Shown: positions 34,179 to 44,137, counted from the stretch's first letter. The stretch is DNA of 64,000 bases from a virus (IMGVR_UViG_2751185783_000001:47168-111167), one strand, 5' to 3'. Numbers and translations are program-made. The notes: generated from the letters alone by a model not told the origin.

Positions 34179-36371
34179 TCACCACATGGGGGCGATGAAC
34201 CCTCGGCACCGTCCGCGGCCAGCGCATGACCGGAATCCGTTGTGCGGGTAGTCGCCGATCGCGGCCCGCAGGGTGGTGTACACCCGGCCGGACACGTCGG
34301 CGCAGGCCTCACACCTGCTGCGGTCGTTGATCTCGTTCGCTTGGAAGCGGGTGCCCTGCGGGGCCTGCTCAAGGACTGACAGGCGCCCGGCGTGCTGGGC
34401 GGCCGACAGCAGCGCACCGAGATGGTCGGCGACCATGCCCTTCTCGGTGGCCGACAGCCCGTTGAGGTGTTCACCGACCGCGTCGGCGATCTCACCCGGC
34501 GGGCTCCCGGCCAGTTGCAGCGCGGCCCGTCCGGCACCGGACGCATACCCGGCGGCGATGATGTGCGCGACTGCGGTTGCCGTGTCCCGGACCGTGTCCG
34601 CGGTGACGTTCCCGTCCAGGTTCAGGCCGTGCCCGGCGGCCTCGGCGACCACGTCGGCGGCGGCGGTCCTGGCGAGTTTGCTGCCCGCGGTGTCGAGGAC
34701 CGTGGCCTGCGCGGCGATCACCCCCGCCGACACGGCCAGTTGGCCGAGCAGGCTCACATCGCCGTGTTCGGCGGCGTCACGGGCTTGTTCGGTGAGTTCG
34801 TCGACCATCGGCCCGGCGATGGCGGGCCACCGTTTGAGGAGTCCGGCCTTGGCGTCTTCCCACTGCTGTTGCAGGTTCTCGGCCGCGGTATCGGCCTTCG
34901 CCGCCTGGACGGTGACGGGCTCGCCGGCGGGCTCCTGGCCGCCGTCGGTTTTCCCGCCGAACAGGCCCCAGTCCAGGTCGGCCTGCCGTGCGGCGACGTC
35001 GGGCGGGATGTCGATGGCGTCCGGTTCATCAGGGACGCCCGGCGCGGTGGCAGGGACCGGAACAGCGTTCAAGTCCGGAACCTCACCCGGCGTCTGGCCC
35101 GGTGTCTGCGGCGTGGGCAGGTCTACGCCCGGGGCCACGACCGGCTGCGCCGGCTGTTCCCGCTCGGGGAGCCGGTATTCGCGGCGTACCCACGCCTCGA
35201 GGCCGGGGTCGGCGGACATGGCGCCGGACGACAGGAGCAGTTGCAGCGACTCGGCGGTCACCTCACGCCGGGACCCGACACCGGACACGACCACGCGGGG
35301 GACCGGCTCGTCCTCGCCGTAGTTCCAGTCAACGATCCGGGCAGCAATCTGACGAGTGGCGACGTCCGCGATCAGCTCAGCCTCGGACTCGAGGGCCAGG
35401 TGCAGGGCGTCCATAAACGCGGTGCCGAGTGCGCGGCTCCCGTTCGGGGTTTCACCGAGTTCAAACGCATTCATCAGCGCGGACGCAGCACACTGCTGAT
35501 CGAGCCAGCGCAGGAACTCCTGCGACTGCGGTAGCCCGCCACTGATCCCAAGGATCTTCATGACGAACCCGGGCGGGGTCGCCGCACCCGCGGAGATTCC
35601 GGCACGGGCCGCCTGAGCCACCTGGGCGGCTTCGGCCATCTGCGCTTGGGTCGGGTTCGTGCCGGGGATCGGCTCGAGGACGGGTACGCCGGCGGACCAG
35701 CGGACGTTGGCGACGGCGTAGGCCCGCCGCACCTCCTCCTTGATCAGCCAGGAGGCGTAGGAGGGACGCAGAAGGGACGTGCCCGCCCAGTTCGAGCCTT
35801 CGCGGTCGCGGGCGTACCAAACCAGGTTCTTCGCCCGCATCTGCGGATTCTTCAGGTCCGACGCCTGATCCTGGGTGGCGCCGGTCAGTAGCCCGGTCTT
35901 GCCGTCGGTGTGGATGTGGCTGATGGTCCACTGCGGGCGATCCCACAATCCGGCCAGCCGTGCCTTACCGCCGACGATCTCGGCTTCCAACTCGAACGCG
36001 GAGAACCCGAACGACACCATGCGGGTCACCGCACGTAGGTGATCGCCCCACGACACACCGCGCAGCCGGGCCGCGCCAGGCTTGTCCTTGCCCTTGATCG
36101 CCAGGCCCATGCCGTCGGCCACGTGTTTGACGACCGCAGGCCGGCACCCTTCCGGGTCGAGCTGCCACTGGGCGCGGGTCAGGTTCAGCACCCAACCCGA
36201 GATGATCGAGCTGAGTTTCGGGTCGCGGCGCATCTTCGCGAACACCGGAATCGACATGGGGAACGTCAGATCCGGCACGTGTTCGAGGACGTCGAGGTAG
36301 ATGCCGGCGAAAGTGTCGTTGCCGAGCCGGTACGGGTCGACATAGCCGGACACTTTTGTGGGGGCGGTCAT
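34179..36371 (-). CDS. portal protein (Mu gp29/DUF935-like) with fused MuF-like C-terminal domain
   Basis: GTSLLRPSY, GSRALG, WVRREYRLP; C-terminal EINDRSRCEAC...CAGRGRCRG. Confidence 0.85.
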   Translation of the reverse strand: MTAPTKVSGYVDPYRLGNDTFAGIYLDVLEHVPDLTFPMSIPVFAKMRRDPKLSSIISGWVLNLTRAQWQLDPEGCRPAVVKHVADGMGLAIKGKDKPGAARLRGVSWGDHLRAVTRMVSFGFSAFELEAEIVGGKARLAGLWDRPQWTISHIHTDGKTGLLTGATQDQASDLKNPQMRAKNLVWYARDREGSNWAGTSLLRPSYASWLIKEEVRRAYAVANVRWSAGVPVLEPIPGTNPTQAQMAEAAQVAQAARAGISAGAATPPGFVMKILGISGGLPQSQEFLRWLDQQCAASALMNAFELGETPNGSRALGTAFMDALHLALESEAELIADVATRQIAARIVDWNYGEDEPVPRVVVSGVGSRREVTAESLQLLLSSGAMSADPGLEAWVRREYRLPEREQPAQPVVAPGVDLPTPQTPGQTPGEVPDLNAVPVPATAPGVPDEPDAIDIPPDVAARQADLDWGLFGGKTDGGQEPAGEPVTVQAAKADTAAENLQQQWEDAKAGLLKRWPAIAGPMVDELTEQARDAAEHGDVSLLGQLAVSAGVIAAQATVLDTAGSKLARTAAADVVAEAAGHGLNLDGNVTADTVRDTATAVAHIIAAGYASGAGRAALQLAGSPPGEIADAVGEHLNGLSATEKGMVADHLGALLSAAQHAGRLSVLEQAPQGTRFQANEINDRSRCEACADVSGRVYTTLRAAIGDYPHNGFRSCAGRGRCRGFIAPMW

Positions 36372-36387
36372 GATGCCACCGCCTCGG

Positions 36388-37695
36388 TCACATAGCTGCG
36401 CTCATCAGGTCGACCTCGCCCGCAACGGCCGGGCGGTGCGGGTACTGGATGCCGTTCGGCCGTCGCCAGGTGCCCTCGGTGGTTTTCACTCCGTAGCGGA
36501 CCGCGTCGAGCCCGTGGTCATCGACCTTGATCGGGGCGTCCTCGCCCTTCCGGGCCTTCTTCTCGTCCCACGAGTAGCCGGGGAACTCATCAATCAGGTG
36601 CTTGCAGGAGCGGTGCACCTTCAGCTTGTCGTGGCCGAGAAGACCGGCCACCGTCCGGATGCCGTCGGCGACACCGTTGTCCGCGGGGGTCGGCGTGACG
36701 CCGTCGCGGTACAGCTGCTGAATGAACGACGCGGCTGACGGGTCTACGACCGTCGACTCAGGAACTACGCCGGGCAGATCCGCTGGGATGCGCTTGTATC
36801 CGCGTTGCCAGTTCAGTAAGGCCGTGGAGTACTCGGCATCGGTCATCGACCGCCGGGTCTCCCGGGCGGCGTGGCGCCACTCGGACGCCACGTACACCGT
36901 CTGCGAGGCGTCGATGCCGAGCAGTAGGCCGTGAAATGGGTTGGATGTCCCGTAGTCGATCGAGGTGCAGATCCACCGCCAGATCGGCGGGATCAGGTCG
37001 ATGACGTGCCGTTCCGGGTCCCACATGTCGTAGACGGCGCCCTCGGCTACCACCCATGCCCCGTCGATGAACCGCTTGTACCAGAGCCCGACGTATTCCT
37101 TTTTTAAGGACGCGACGTATGCCGGGTCAAGCGATTCGTTGTCCTCGAGCTGGAACTGCCACCAGCGTAGGTCCAGTTCCCCGACGCGGAGCATGAACTT
37201 CTTCCGAAGCCAGTGTGCGGGGTTGTCGGGGTTGGTGGTGGCGAACAGCTTCGCGCCGGGCACCGACAGGCGGGCAAGGAGTTGGTTCCAGTACGCCTCA
37301 GGTACGAGGGTGGCTTCGTCGATGTATGCGCCGGCGCAGGTCATGCCGCGGAGGCGTTCTTCGGCACGGGCGTCATTCGCGGTGATCACTTCGACGGTGC
37401 GGCCGAGGATGTTGGCGGTGGGGGCACCACGTGTGTAGTGGATCCGCTTGGCCCAGTCGCCGGTGATGGCGGGATCCATGAGCGGGCCGAACACGTTCCG
37501 GGCACAAGTGTCGAGAGTCTTGGCGCCGACCATCAACTGTCCGCCTCGGGGCGCGTTGGACACGTAGATGAGCCAGCGCAGCAGCGATGCGATCGTCTTG
37601 CCCGATCGCACGGCACCTGTCCAGATGTTGATGCGCGCGTTTGCATGCGCGATCGACATCGCTTGCTTGGTCGACAGTGCGGCCTCAGGCGTCAC
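36388..37695 (-). CDS. terminase large subunit (PBSX-like)
   Basis: GAVRSGKT, AYIDEA, TTNPD, IDYGTSNP, VDPSAASF, DDHGLDAVRY. Confidence 0.95.
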   Translation of the reverse strand: MTPEAALSTKQAMSIAHANARINIWTGAVRSGKTIASLLRWLIYVSNAPRGGQLMVGAKTLDTCARNVFGPLMDPAITGDWAKRIHYTRGAPTANILGRTVEVITANDARAEERLRGMTCAGAYIDEATLVPEAYWNQLLARLSVPGAKLFATTNPDNPAHWLRKKFMLRVGELDLRWWQFQLEDNESLDPAYVASLKKEYVGLWYKRFIDGAWVVAEGAVYDMWDPERHVIDLIPPIWRWICTSIDYGTSNPFHGLLLGIDASQTVYVASEWRHAARETRRSMTDAEYSTALLNWQRGYKRIPADLPGVVPESTVVDPSAASFIQQLYRDGVTPTPADNGVADGIRTVAGLLGHDKLKVHRSCKHLIDEFPGYSWDEKKARKGEDAPIKVDDHGLDAVRYGVKTTEGTWRRPNGIQYPHRPAVAGEVDLMSAAM

Positions 37696-38185
37696 CGGTG
37701 CCGTGTTTCTCCTGGAGCCCGGCGAGGAGAGCGCTGAGTAGAGAGCCAGCCGTGGCGGGGTCGCTGACATCGTGGCGCTCGAGCACCAGGTGCTTGTCGA
37801 TCGCGGTGGCCGCGGAGACGAGTAGGTTCTTCAGGTCGCCAGTGGGCGGGCGTTGAAGAAGGTGTTCCTCGTAGGTGTTGTCCTTGCCGCCGAAGTTGAA
37901 TACCAGGTGCGGTTGGTCCATCTGATCGAGGAGTTCGTTGGCTTTATTGAGGAACCGCCGCGCGGTCTTCACTCGCAGGGCCTTGTTGTCGAGCGCCGCC
38001 GCCTCAGTAGCTTTTTTCGTATGTGTCCGCTCAAATGCGTCGCTCACACCGGCTTGGCGGGCGATGTTGGTGACGGTGCCGGAGGAGACGCCGTGTTTCG
38101 TGGCGATCTTTCGGTTACCGAGCACCCCGGAACGGATGTCGTCAAGGATCGCGGCGCGTACGTCGTCGGGGATGCGGGGCGGCAT
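37685..38185 (-). CDS. terminase small subunit
   Basis: N-terminal HTH; overlaps the large-subunit start. Confidence 0.8.
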   Translation of the reverse strand: MPPRIPDDVRAAILDDIRSGVLGNRKIATKHGVSSGTVTNIARQAGVSDAFERTHTKKATEAAALDNKALRVKTARRFLNKANELLDQMDQPHLVFNFGGKDNTYEEHLLQRPPTGDLKNLLVSAATAIDKHLVLERHDVSDPATAGSLLSALLAGLQEKHGTGDA

Positions 38186-38201
38186 GTCACCCCGTTCTGG
38201 G

Positions 38202-38381
38202 TCAGTGTGGTTCGGCGATGCGGCAGTACAGGGCTTGGTCCCGGAATTTCACGGGCTTCCAGCAGGTGTTGCCGCGGACTTTGAGGTGGCCTCGCGGACA
38301 GATCGCGATCTCGGGGTTGCGGCCGATGTGTTCGGCGAGCCAGGCGAGGGAGAAGGGGATCTCGTCGGGGTCGTCGGTCAC
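38202..38381 (-). CDS. small Cys-containing protein
   Basis: GTGA coupling; CPRGH. Confidence 0.5.
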   Translation of the reverse strand: MTDDPDEIPFSLAWLAEHIGRNPEIAICPRGHLKVRGNTCWKPVKFRDQALYCRIAEPH

Positions 38382-38623
38382 GCGGCGGCCCTCGTTCGTC
38401 CGCGTCGCCGGGTGGCGCGCTCGGCGGCCATGACGTCGCCGTACCTGTAGAGGTGCCGGCCCCACGGGTCGGTGCCGCGGCGTTCAAGTTTGTGCCGGTC
38501 GCCGGTGTCGGGGTCGCGCCAGCCGCGGGACACCCAGGAGGTGATCGAGCTGGGGGAGACGCGTGCGGCGTGGGCGGCGGTGTCGCGGTCGATGAGGGCG
38601 TCGAAGTCGGGGGTCACGTTCAC
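38378..38623 (-). CDS. MerR/excisionase-like HTH protein
   Basis: AAHAARVSPSSITSWVSRG...LYRYGDV. Confidence 0.8.
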   Translation of the reverse strand: MNVTPDFDALIDRDTAAHAARVSPSSITSWVSRGWRDPDTGDRHKLERRGTDPWGRHLYRYGDVMAAERATRRRGRTRAAA

Positions 38624-38628
38624 CCCCC

Positions 38629-38672
38629 GGAAATGCGAAAAGCTCCGGCAACCTGGTGGGGTTGTCGGAGCT
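38629..38672 (-). terminator. intrinsic terminator at the head of the late operon
   Basis: AGCTCCGACAACC-ccacca-GGTTGCCGGAGCT followed by TTTCGCATTT. Confidence 0.7.
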
Positions 38673-38716
38673 GTGTGCCCCTGTGTGGATGCAATGCACC
38701 TAGGGGTGTACGCAAT

Positions 38717-39583
38717 CTAGCGCGTGGCGGCGGGTTCGCCAAGGTCCGTAACCCGGGTGTGTCGCTGTTCGGCGACGAGGGTTTTCAGCCAGTCGCCGTA
38801 TTCGTCGTCGTGGAGGACGGCCTGGCAGTCGGGGTTGACGCAGGTGATGTTGCCGCCGGGCTGCCGGTAGAGGGTGATGAGGTCGCAGCGTTTGCAGGCG
38901 ACGCCGGCACAGTGTTCGGGTCGGGGTTCGGTTTGTCCGGTGGCTGCGCGGAGTGCGCCGCGGAGGTTGCGGACGGCGGTGGCGAAGTCGGCGAGTTGTT
39001 CGTAGTGGTCGCAGATGCGGTTGATGCGGGCGCGGAGCCACGTCAGGAGTTCGGGGACGGTGGGTGCGGGGAGCTGGTCTGCGCCGTACACGTTGTCGCG
39101 GATGTGCCGGGCCCAGCCGTCGAGGATGGTGGGTGCGGACAGGTGCCCGCTCTGGTCTTCCGGGATGGCCTGGTCGGTGAGGCCGGGGACGCGTGCCGGC
39201 TGTTTGAGGTCGAACGCGGCGGCGCTGATCGGGATCGGTCGTTCTCGTGATCCGGTGACGTGGGGTGCGCGGCTGCGGGAGTTGATGGGTGCGACGCCGC
39301 CGAGCGGGGCGAGGGGGTCGGCCCATGCGGTGCCGAGGCTGACGGTGCGCCGCTGGTTGTTCTTCAGGTATTCGACGCCGCTGCGCTGGTAGGTGCGCTG
39401 GTCGACGATGACTGGTTCCTCGTTGAGGAGGTCGGCCCAGAGGTGGCCGATCTCGGTGAGCCACCGGCCGAGGAGTGCCCGGTCGCTGTCGCAGACGGGC
39501 GGGTCGTGGGGTGTGCGGGGGGTGCGGTCGGGGCGGGTCAGGGGGCAGAGGGTGCAGGTGTCGGCGTGGCTCGAATCGCTCAT
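38717..39583 (-). CDS. Zn-finger protein preceding the packaging genes (candidate late regulator)
   Basis: N-terminal CxxC and C-terminal CKRC...CVNPDC; AGGAGG RBS. Confidence 0.75.
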   Translation of the reverse strand: MSDSSHADTCTLCPLTRPDRTPRTPHDPPVCDSDRALLGRWLTEIGHLWADLLNEEPVIVDQRTYQRSGVEYLKNNQRRTVSLGTAWADPLAPLGGVAPINSRSRAPHVTGSRERPIPISAAAFDLKQPARVPGLTDQAIPEDQSGHLSAPTILDGWARHIRDNVYGADQLPAPTVPELLTWLRARINRICDHYEQLADFATAVRNLRGALRAATGQTEPRPEHCAGVACKRCDLITLYRQPGGNITCVNPDCQAVLHDDEYGDWLKTLVAEQRHTRVTDLGEPAATR

Positions 39584-39934
39584 CAGGGTGATCGCCTCCT
39601 GGCCGTGGAGCGGCTACGGTTCCGGGAGGCCACCGGGGGACGCTGGGGGTCTGCGGTTGGTGATGGCGGCGCCGGGTTGAGGTTGGACTCCCCGGCGCCG
39701 TTTCGCGGTTCAGTTCCAGATGCCGGCCCACGGGTCGTCGAGTGGCGGGGCTGGTCGTTTTCGGCCAGGCCAGGGGCGACAGGTGGGTGTGCGGGTCACG
39801 CGGGAATCTTGCCACCGCGTGCCGGTCTGCGGCCGGGTCGTGCAGCTTGTGAGTGAATCAAGGGCTGAGCGGGCGCAGGACTTGATCGATACGAGCTACC
39901 CATAGTCGGGTATACAAAGCGGAGTCCCGTTGCC

Positions 39935-40150
39935 TCACGCGCCCGCTGAACCGGTCTCCTGGCGTTGCTCCGCGAGAGCGTCGAACAGGTCCGGCCCGTC
40001 CTGCCCGGTATCCGGCGCCGACCCGATCAGACCCAGGAACGTCGCACAGTCCCGGCCGAACCCCTTCACCAGCCGTTCCGCCCGCGTCTTCTTGCCACAC
40101 CGCGCGCACCGCACCCAGCGGGATCCGGCCGCCGGGTGGGTGATGACCAT
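39935..40150 (-). CDS. DUF6011-like zinc-finger protein (may start at TTG 40195)
   Basis: CARCGK...GFGRDCA. Confidence 0.7.
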   Translation of the reverse strand: MVITHPAAGSRWVRCARCGKKTRAERLVKGFGRDCATFLGLIGSAPDTGQDGPDLFDALAEQRQETGSAGA

Positions 40151-40191
40151 CAGGGACCCATGGCTTCCGGCGGCCGGCGGTTCCGTCCGCC

Positions 40192-40779
40192 TCAACGATC
40201 GGCCGCCGCCCACGGCAGTTGAGCATCCGCCGGGGCCGGGTTGAGGACCATGTCGTCGCGCCACTTCCCTGCCGCCTGGAGCGCCTTCACGCAGTGGGCG
40301 GTGCCGGACTTCGGCCGGACCGGGCCGAGTACCACGAAGTCGTCCGCACCCGGAAACGACCGGCACCCGTCGACCATGAACAGGTTCCGCCACACGTTGG
40401 CGTGCAGCCCGTCCAACGTGAGCGCGGACGTCCCGTGGACCTGCTCCATCACGAAGGTGGTCCGCTCCGCGTAGTCGGCGATCACAGCGAACTCGGCCGT
40501 CCGGTCCCGGCCAAGCTGCGACGCCCGGCCCCAGTAATGCCGGGCGTAGCCCTTGTTCGGCAGGGCCAGCCACAGGCGGACCTGCAAGCGCATCGCCGCC
40601 CGGGCCAGGCACTCGTCCATCCCCTCGGCGCCGCCGGACATGACAACCAGCCGGGACCCGTGTTCCAGCACCCGGGCGGCGATGCGCTCCAGGACCAGGT
40701 CCAGCACGCGCAGCCGCGTCTCCTTCGGCGCAATCACCAAGCTGCGGGACCCGGTACCCGCCAACACGGCGTCGGTCAT
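40192..40779 (-). CDS. SLOG-family (YspA-like) protein
   Basis: AGTGSR, VMSGGAEGMD, RNLFMVD, SGTAHCV. Confidence 0.8.
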   Translation of the reverse strand: MTDAVLAGTGSRSLVIAPKETRLRVLDLVLERIAARVLEHGSRLVVMSGGAEGMDECLARAAMRLQVRLWLALPNKGYARHYWGRASQLGRDRTAEFAVIADYAERTTFVMEQVHGTSALTLDGLHANVWRNLFMVDGCRSFPGADDFVVLGPVRPKSGTAHCVKALQAAGKWRDDMVLNPAPADAQLPWAAADR

Positions 40780-41267
40780 GACGACACCCGCTCGTCCCAG
40801 TCCAGCCCGTACTCGCAGCCGCCCACCGGCGGACCCCAGGTGCCGGGCCCGTGCACATCCACCAGGGCCGGTCGCCCTTCCGTGTCGACGTCGACCCAGA
40901 TCCGCACGCCGCCCACATCCAGCGTCCACCGGGCGGGGCCGGTCTTCTCGACGTGCAGCCACCCGCCGATGACCACCTCGTCCTGCTCACGACCCTGCTC
41001 CTGAGCAGGATCACGGTGGGCGTCACGCAGGCTCGCCACCGGGCACGGGTGCAGGTGCGCCCGCAACTCCAGGTCCGGATGCCCGCAGTCGCACACCCGT
41101 TCCACGACGGTGAGGAGTTCGGCGATCCGGCGGGCTAACAGGTCACGGTCGCCGTTGACGACGAACGCCACAGACTCGTCATCCGGGCGCCGGCCATCCT
41201 CGTCCGCGGGCCCGGCGCCCTCACGGACGACCGTGATGCCCTGGTTGCCGCCGGTCCGGTAGGTCAT
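40776..41267 (-). CDS. hypothetical protein
   Basis: GAGGAG RBS; coupled to the downstream gene. Confidence 0.65.
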   Translation of the reverse strand: MTYRTGGNQGITVVREGAGPADEDGRRPDDESVAFVVNGDRDLLARRIAELLTVVERVCDCGHPDLELRAHLHPCPVASLRDAHRDPAQEQGREQDEVVIGGWLHVEKTGPARWTLDVGGVRIWVDVDTEGRPALVDVHGPGTWGPPVGGCEYGLDWDERVSS

Positions 41268-41306
41268 GCGGGTCTCCTCGTCTCGGGTGGGGCAGGATGG
41301 GCGGCA

Positions 41307-41339
41307 GGGGAGCTGAGCGATACCAGCGTTCAGCTCCCC
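41307..41339. terminator. stem-loop after dnaB
   Basis: GGGGAGCTGAGCG-ataccag-CGTTCAGCTCCCC. Confidence 0.55.
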
Positions 41340-41356
41340 GCCAACGTCAGAGCAGG

Positions 41357-42685
41357 TCAGATGGCCATGTCCACAAATCTGGACAGGTGCAACTGCGCGG
41401 CCACCGTAACGGTGTCCGTCGCCCCGTTCCGGTGCTTGGCCACGATGAAGTCCGCCTCGCCCGCCCGCGGCGACTCCTTGTCGTAGTAGTCGTCACGGTG
41501 CAGCAGGATCACCACATCGGCGTCCTGCTCGATCGAGCCGGACTCACGCAGGTCCGACAGCTGGGGGCGCTTGTCCTGGCGCTGCTCAGGGCCGCGGCTC
41601 AGCTGACTCACCGCGATCACCGGGCACTCGATCTCCTTCGCCAGCAGCTTCAGGCCACGGGACAGCTCGGAAACCTCCTGCTGTCGGGACTCGGTGCGTT
41701 TCGGCGATGACATCAACTGGAGGTAGTCGACGACCAGCAGCCGCAGATTGTGCTTCTTCTTCAAGCTGCGGGCCTTCGACCGGATCTGCGCCAATCCCAT
41801 GTTCGGGGTGTCGTCCACGAAGATCGGTGCCTCGGAGATCTCACCCATCCTGCGGGCCATCCGCGACCAGTCGTCATCCGACAACTGCCCCGACCGGAGC
41901 ACGTGCAGCGGCACCCGCGCTTCGGCCGACAGCATCCGGGTCACCATCTCGACCTTCGACATCTCCAGCGTGAAGAACGCCGATGCCATCCCCGCCTGGA
42001 TCGCCGCATGCCGGGCGATGTCCAGGCCGGCCGTCGACTTCCCCAGCCCGGGGCGGGCGCCGACGATGATGAGCTGCCCGGGCTGCAACCCGTTGAGGAG
42101 CCGGTCCAGGTCTTTGAACCCGGTCGGCACCCCCAGCAGCGCACTGTCCTTCGAGCCCGCGGCCTCGATGTCGTCCATGACGGGGGTGAACACCTCACCG
42201 GCCCGGACAGTCTCCCCGGCACCGCGTTCCACGGTGATGTCGTAGACGGCCTGCTGCGCCAGGTCCACCACGTCGGCGAGTTCGACTCCGGCCGCGTTCG
42301 CTGACCCGTAGCCGAGCTGCGCGATCCGGACACCGGCTTCGACCAGGCGCCGCGAGACGGCCCGCTGCTGCACGATCCGCGCATACCAGCCGGCGTTTCC
42401 CGCCGTGGGCACCTGCTCGATCAGGGTGTTCAGGTACAGCACCCCACCGGTCCGTTCGAGTTCTCCGGCATCGAACAGGGCGCCCGCCAGTGTCCGTGCG
42501 TCTGCGGGCTCACCGCGCCCGTGCAGGGCGACGATCGCCCCGAACAGGGTGGCGTGGACCGGCCGGTAGAAGTCGGCGGCGGTGACGATCTCCGTCACGT
42601 CGTCGATGACCCCAGCGGACAGGAGCATCCCGCCGAGGGTGGCCTGCTCTGCCTCGATGTCGTGCGGTGGCGTCCGGTCGCTCAT
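41357..42685 (-). CDS. dnaB: replicative DNA helicase
   Basis: PPHDIEAEQ, GARPGLGKS, VVDYLQLM, SDLRESGSIEQDAD, AKHRNG. Confidence 0.97.
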   Translation of the reverse strand: MSDRTPPHDIEAEQATLGGMLLSAGVIDDVTEIVTAADFYRPVHATLFGAIVALHGRGEPADARTLAGALFDAGELERTGGVLYLNTLIEQVPTAGNAGWYARIVQQRAVSRRLVEAGVRIAQLGYGSANAAGVELADVVDLAQQAVYDITVERGAGETVRAGEVFTPVMDDIEAAGSKDSALLGVPTGFKDLDRLLNGLQPGQLIIVGARPGLGKSTAGLDIARHAAIQAGMASAFFTLEMSKVEMVTRMLSAEARVPLHVLRSGQLSDDDWSRMARRMGEISEAPIFVDDTPNMGLAQIRSKARSLKKKHNLRLLVVDYLQLMSSPKRTESRQQEVSELSRGLKLLAKEIECPVIAVSQLSRGPEQRQDKRPQLSDLRESGSIEQDADVVILLHRDDYYDKESPRAGEADFIVAKHRNGATDTVTVAAQLHLSRFVDMAI

Positions 42686-43116
42686 CGTCCGGCCTCCTCG
42701 TCCCAGTCGGGCCCTGCGGTGATCGCCCGCAGTTGGTCCATCGCCGACACCGGCGGCGGGGACTGCGATTCCAGGTGCGCGCCGATCGCCGCCAGCACCT
42801 CCCGGACCGTGGCGGCACCGGCCGACATGCGGACCTGCCGGTTCATGTCGTCCTCGAACTTCGACGGCAGTGCCCGGGCGTCCGACGGCTCCAGACGGCG
42901 GCGCTCGGCACGGATCGCTTTCACGCCCTGGCGGACGTCGGCGGGCATCAGCCGTTCCCGGGATTCCCGGTAGTGCCGCACCACGGCGGCCTTCGCGTCG
43001 TCGAGCGGGATGTCGTCGAGGGCCAGATGCCACGCCTCGACGTCGGCATCACCGACCTTGCGGTAGTCGAAGGTGCCGGCCAGCGTCAGCAGCAGCACCA
43101 CCTCAGCTCTGTCCAC
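42682..43116 (-). CDS. helicase loader/inhibitor (G39P-like)
   Basis: DVEAWHLAL...AVVRHY...LMPADV; lies between initiator and dnaB. Confidence 0.75.
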   Translation of the reverse strand: MDRAEVVLLLTLAGTFDYRKVGDADVEAWHLALDDIPLDDAKAAVVRHYRESRERLMPADVRQGVKAIRAERRRLEPSDARALPSKFEDDMNRQVRMSAGAATVREVLAAIGAHLESQSPPPVSAMDQLRAITAGPDWDEEAGR

Positions 43117-44137
43117 GTTGTGCCTCCTCAAGGCGTCGGTACTTCTCGTACAGGGATTGGTTGTCGGCGACTCGTTGGTCAGCGGGGGACCGGACTTCGT
43201 TGCGCCGTCCGTTGTCGTCGATTCGGGCTAGGGCGTTGCCGGGCTCGTTGATGGGCATGGAGCCGCGGACCCCGGTGCGCTCTTCGAAGCGTTCCTGGTC
43301 TGAGCGCATCCAGTTGCGCCACGCCTTGTCCCAGTCCTTCTTGAGTTCCTTGCCTTTTTGGCCGTCAGCGAAGTACTCGATGAACTTGTCCGTGGCGAAG
43401 CGCCCGACATTCGGGGTTTCTTTTCTGGCCCACGCCATCATTTCTTCGGATACCTGCCAGCCGGCGGGGAGGGGCAGGTTCTCTTTGGTGATGATGCGAC
43501 TGAGGCGCTTCCGACCCCTGGTGGCTCCGCCCGCTGGTTTGTTTTCGGAGTCAGGCTGCCGCTGTTCCGGTACCACAAACAGCGCATCACCGGTGTCGAC
43601 ACCATCGCGCGCGCTCTCCTCCGAAGGAGGAGAAGGTTCAGGTTGGTACACATGGTTCAGTTCTTTGTGTCCCGCTGTGGCACTAGCCTGGTCCCGCTCT
43701 GGCACTAGCCCTAGTCCCGCTGTGGCACTAGTCCCGCTCTGGGACCAGTCCTCAAGTTGGTCCCGCTCCGGGACTAGTCCCGCTGTGGCACTAGCCTCAG
43801 GCTCGTTCTCGGCGGCGCTGGGCGACTCTTCTGTGGCGACCGAAGAGGGGATGGTGAGCAGATAGCAGGTCTTCTCCTTGTTCTTTTGCGCCGCCTTCTT
43901 GGTCGGCACCGTTCGTTTTATCCAGCCATTACTCTCGGCCGAATTGAGAGAGCGGACAACGGTTGAACGGCCCAGCCCCGTGAAATTTGCCAGCTCGGTC
44001 AGGCTGGGTTGAAAACGGTCCGGAATGAGTCCCGTTTCCGGCTCCACCAACGTCACCAAGGTCAGAAGGGTGTGCCGCTCTGGAGCGGGGAGGCCCGACC
44101 TGCGGATCGCCCGCATAAGAGTCCAGATATCGGGCAC
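43103..44137 (-). CDS. phage replication initiator (replisome organiser)
   Basis: PSLTELANFTGLGRSTVVRSL HTH, internal iterons, KDWDKAWRNW C-terminal motif; GGAGG RBS. Confidence 0.88.
   Translation of the reverse strand: MPDIWTLMRAIRRSGLPAPERHTLLTLVTLVEPETGLIPDRFQPSLTELANFTGLGRSTVVRSLNSAESNGWIKRTVPTKKAAQKNKEKTCYLLTIPSSVATEESPSAAENEPEASATAGLVPERDQLEDWSQSGTSATAGLGLVPERDQASATAGHKELNHVYQPEPSPPSEESARDGVDTGDALFVVPEQRQPDSENKPAGGATRGRKRLSRIITKENLPLPAGWQVSEEMMAWARKETPNVGRFATDKFIEYFADGQKGKELKKDWDKAWRNWMRSDQERFEERTGVRGSMPINEPGNALARIDDNGRRNEVRSPADQRVADNQSLYEKYRRLEEAQRGQS
43669..43794. repeat. intragenic iterons (phage origin)
   Basis: GTCCCGCTSTGGSACYAG-type unit at 43669, 43691, 43714, 43731, 43760 and 43777. 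Confidence 0.85.

Noticed and set aside
31086-34229. 1047-aa plus-strand ORF
   Set aside because: Antisense shadow of the ART gene.
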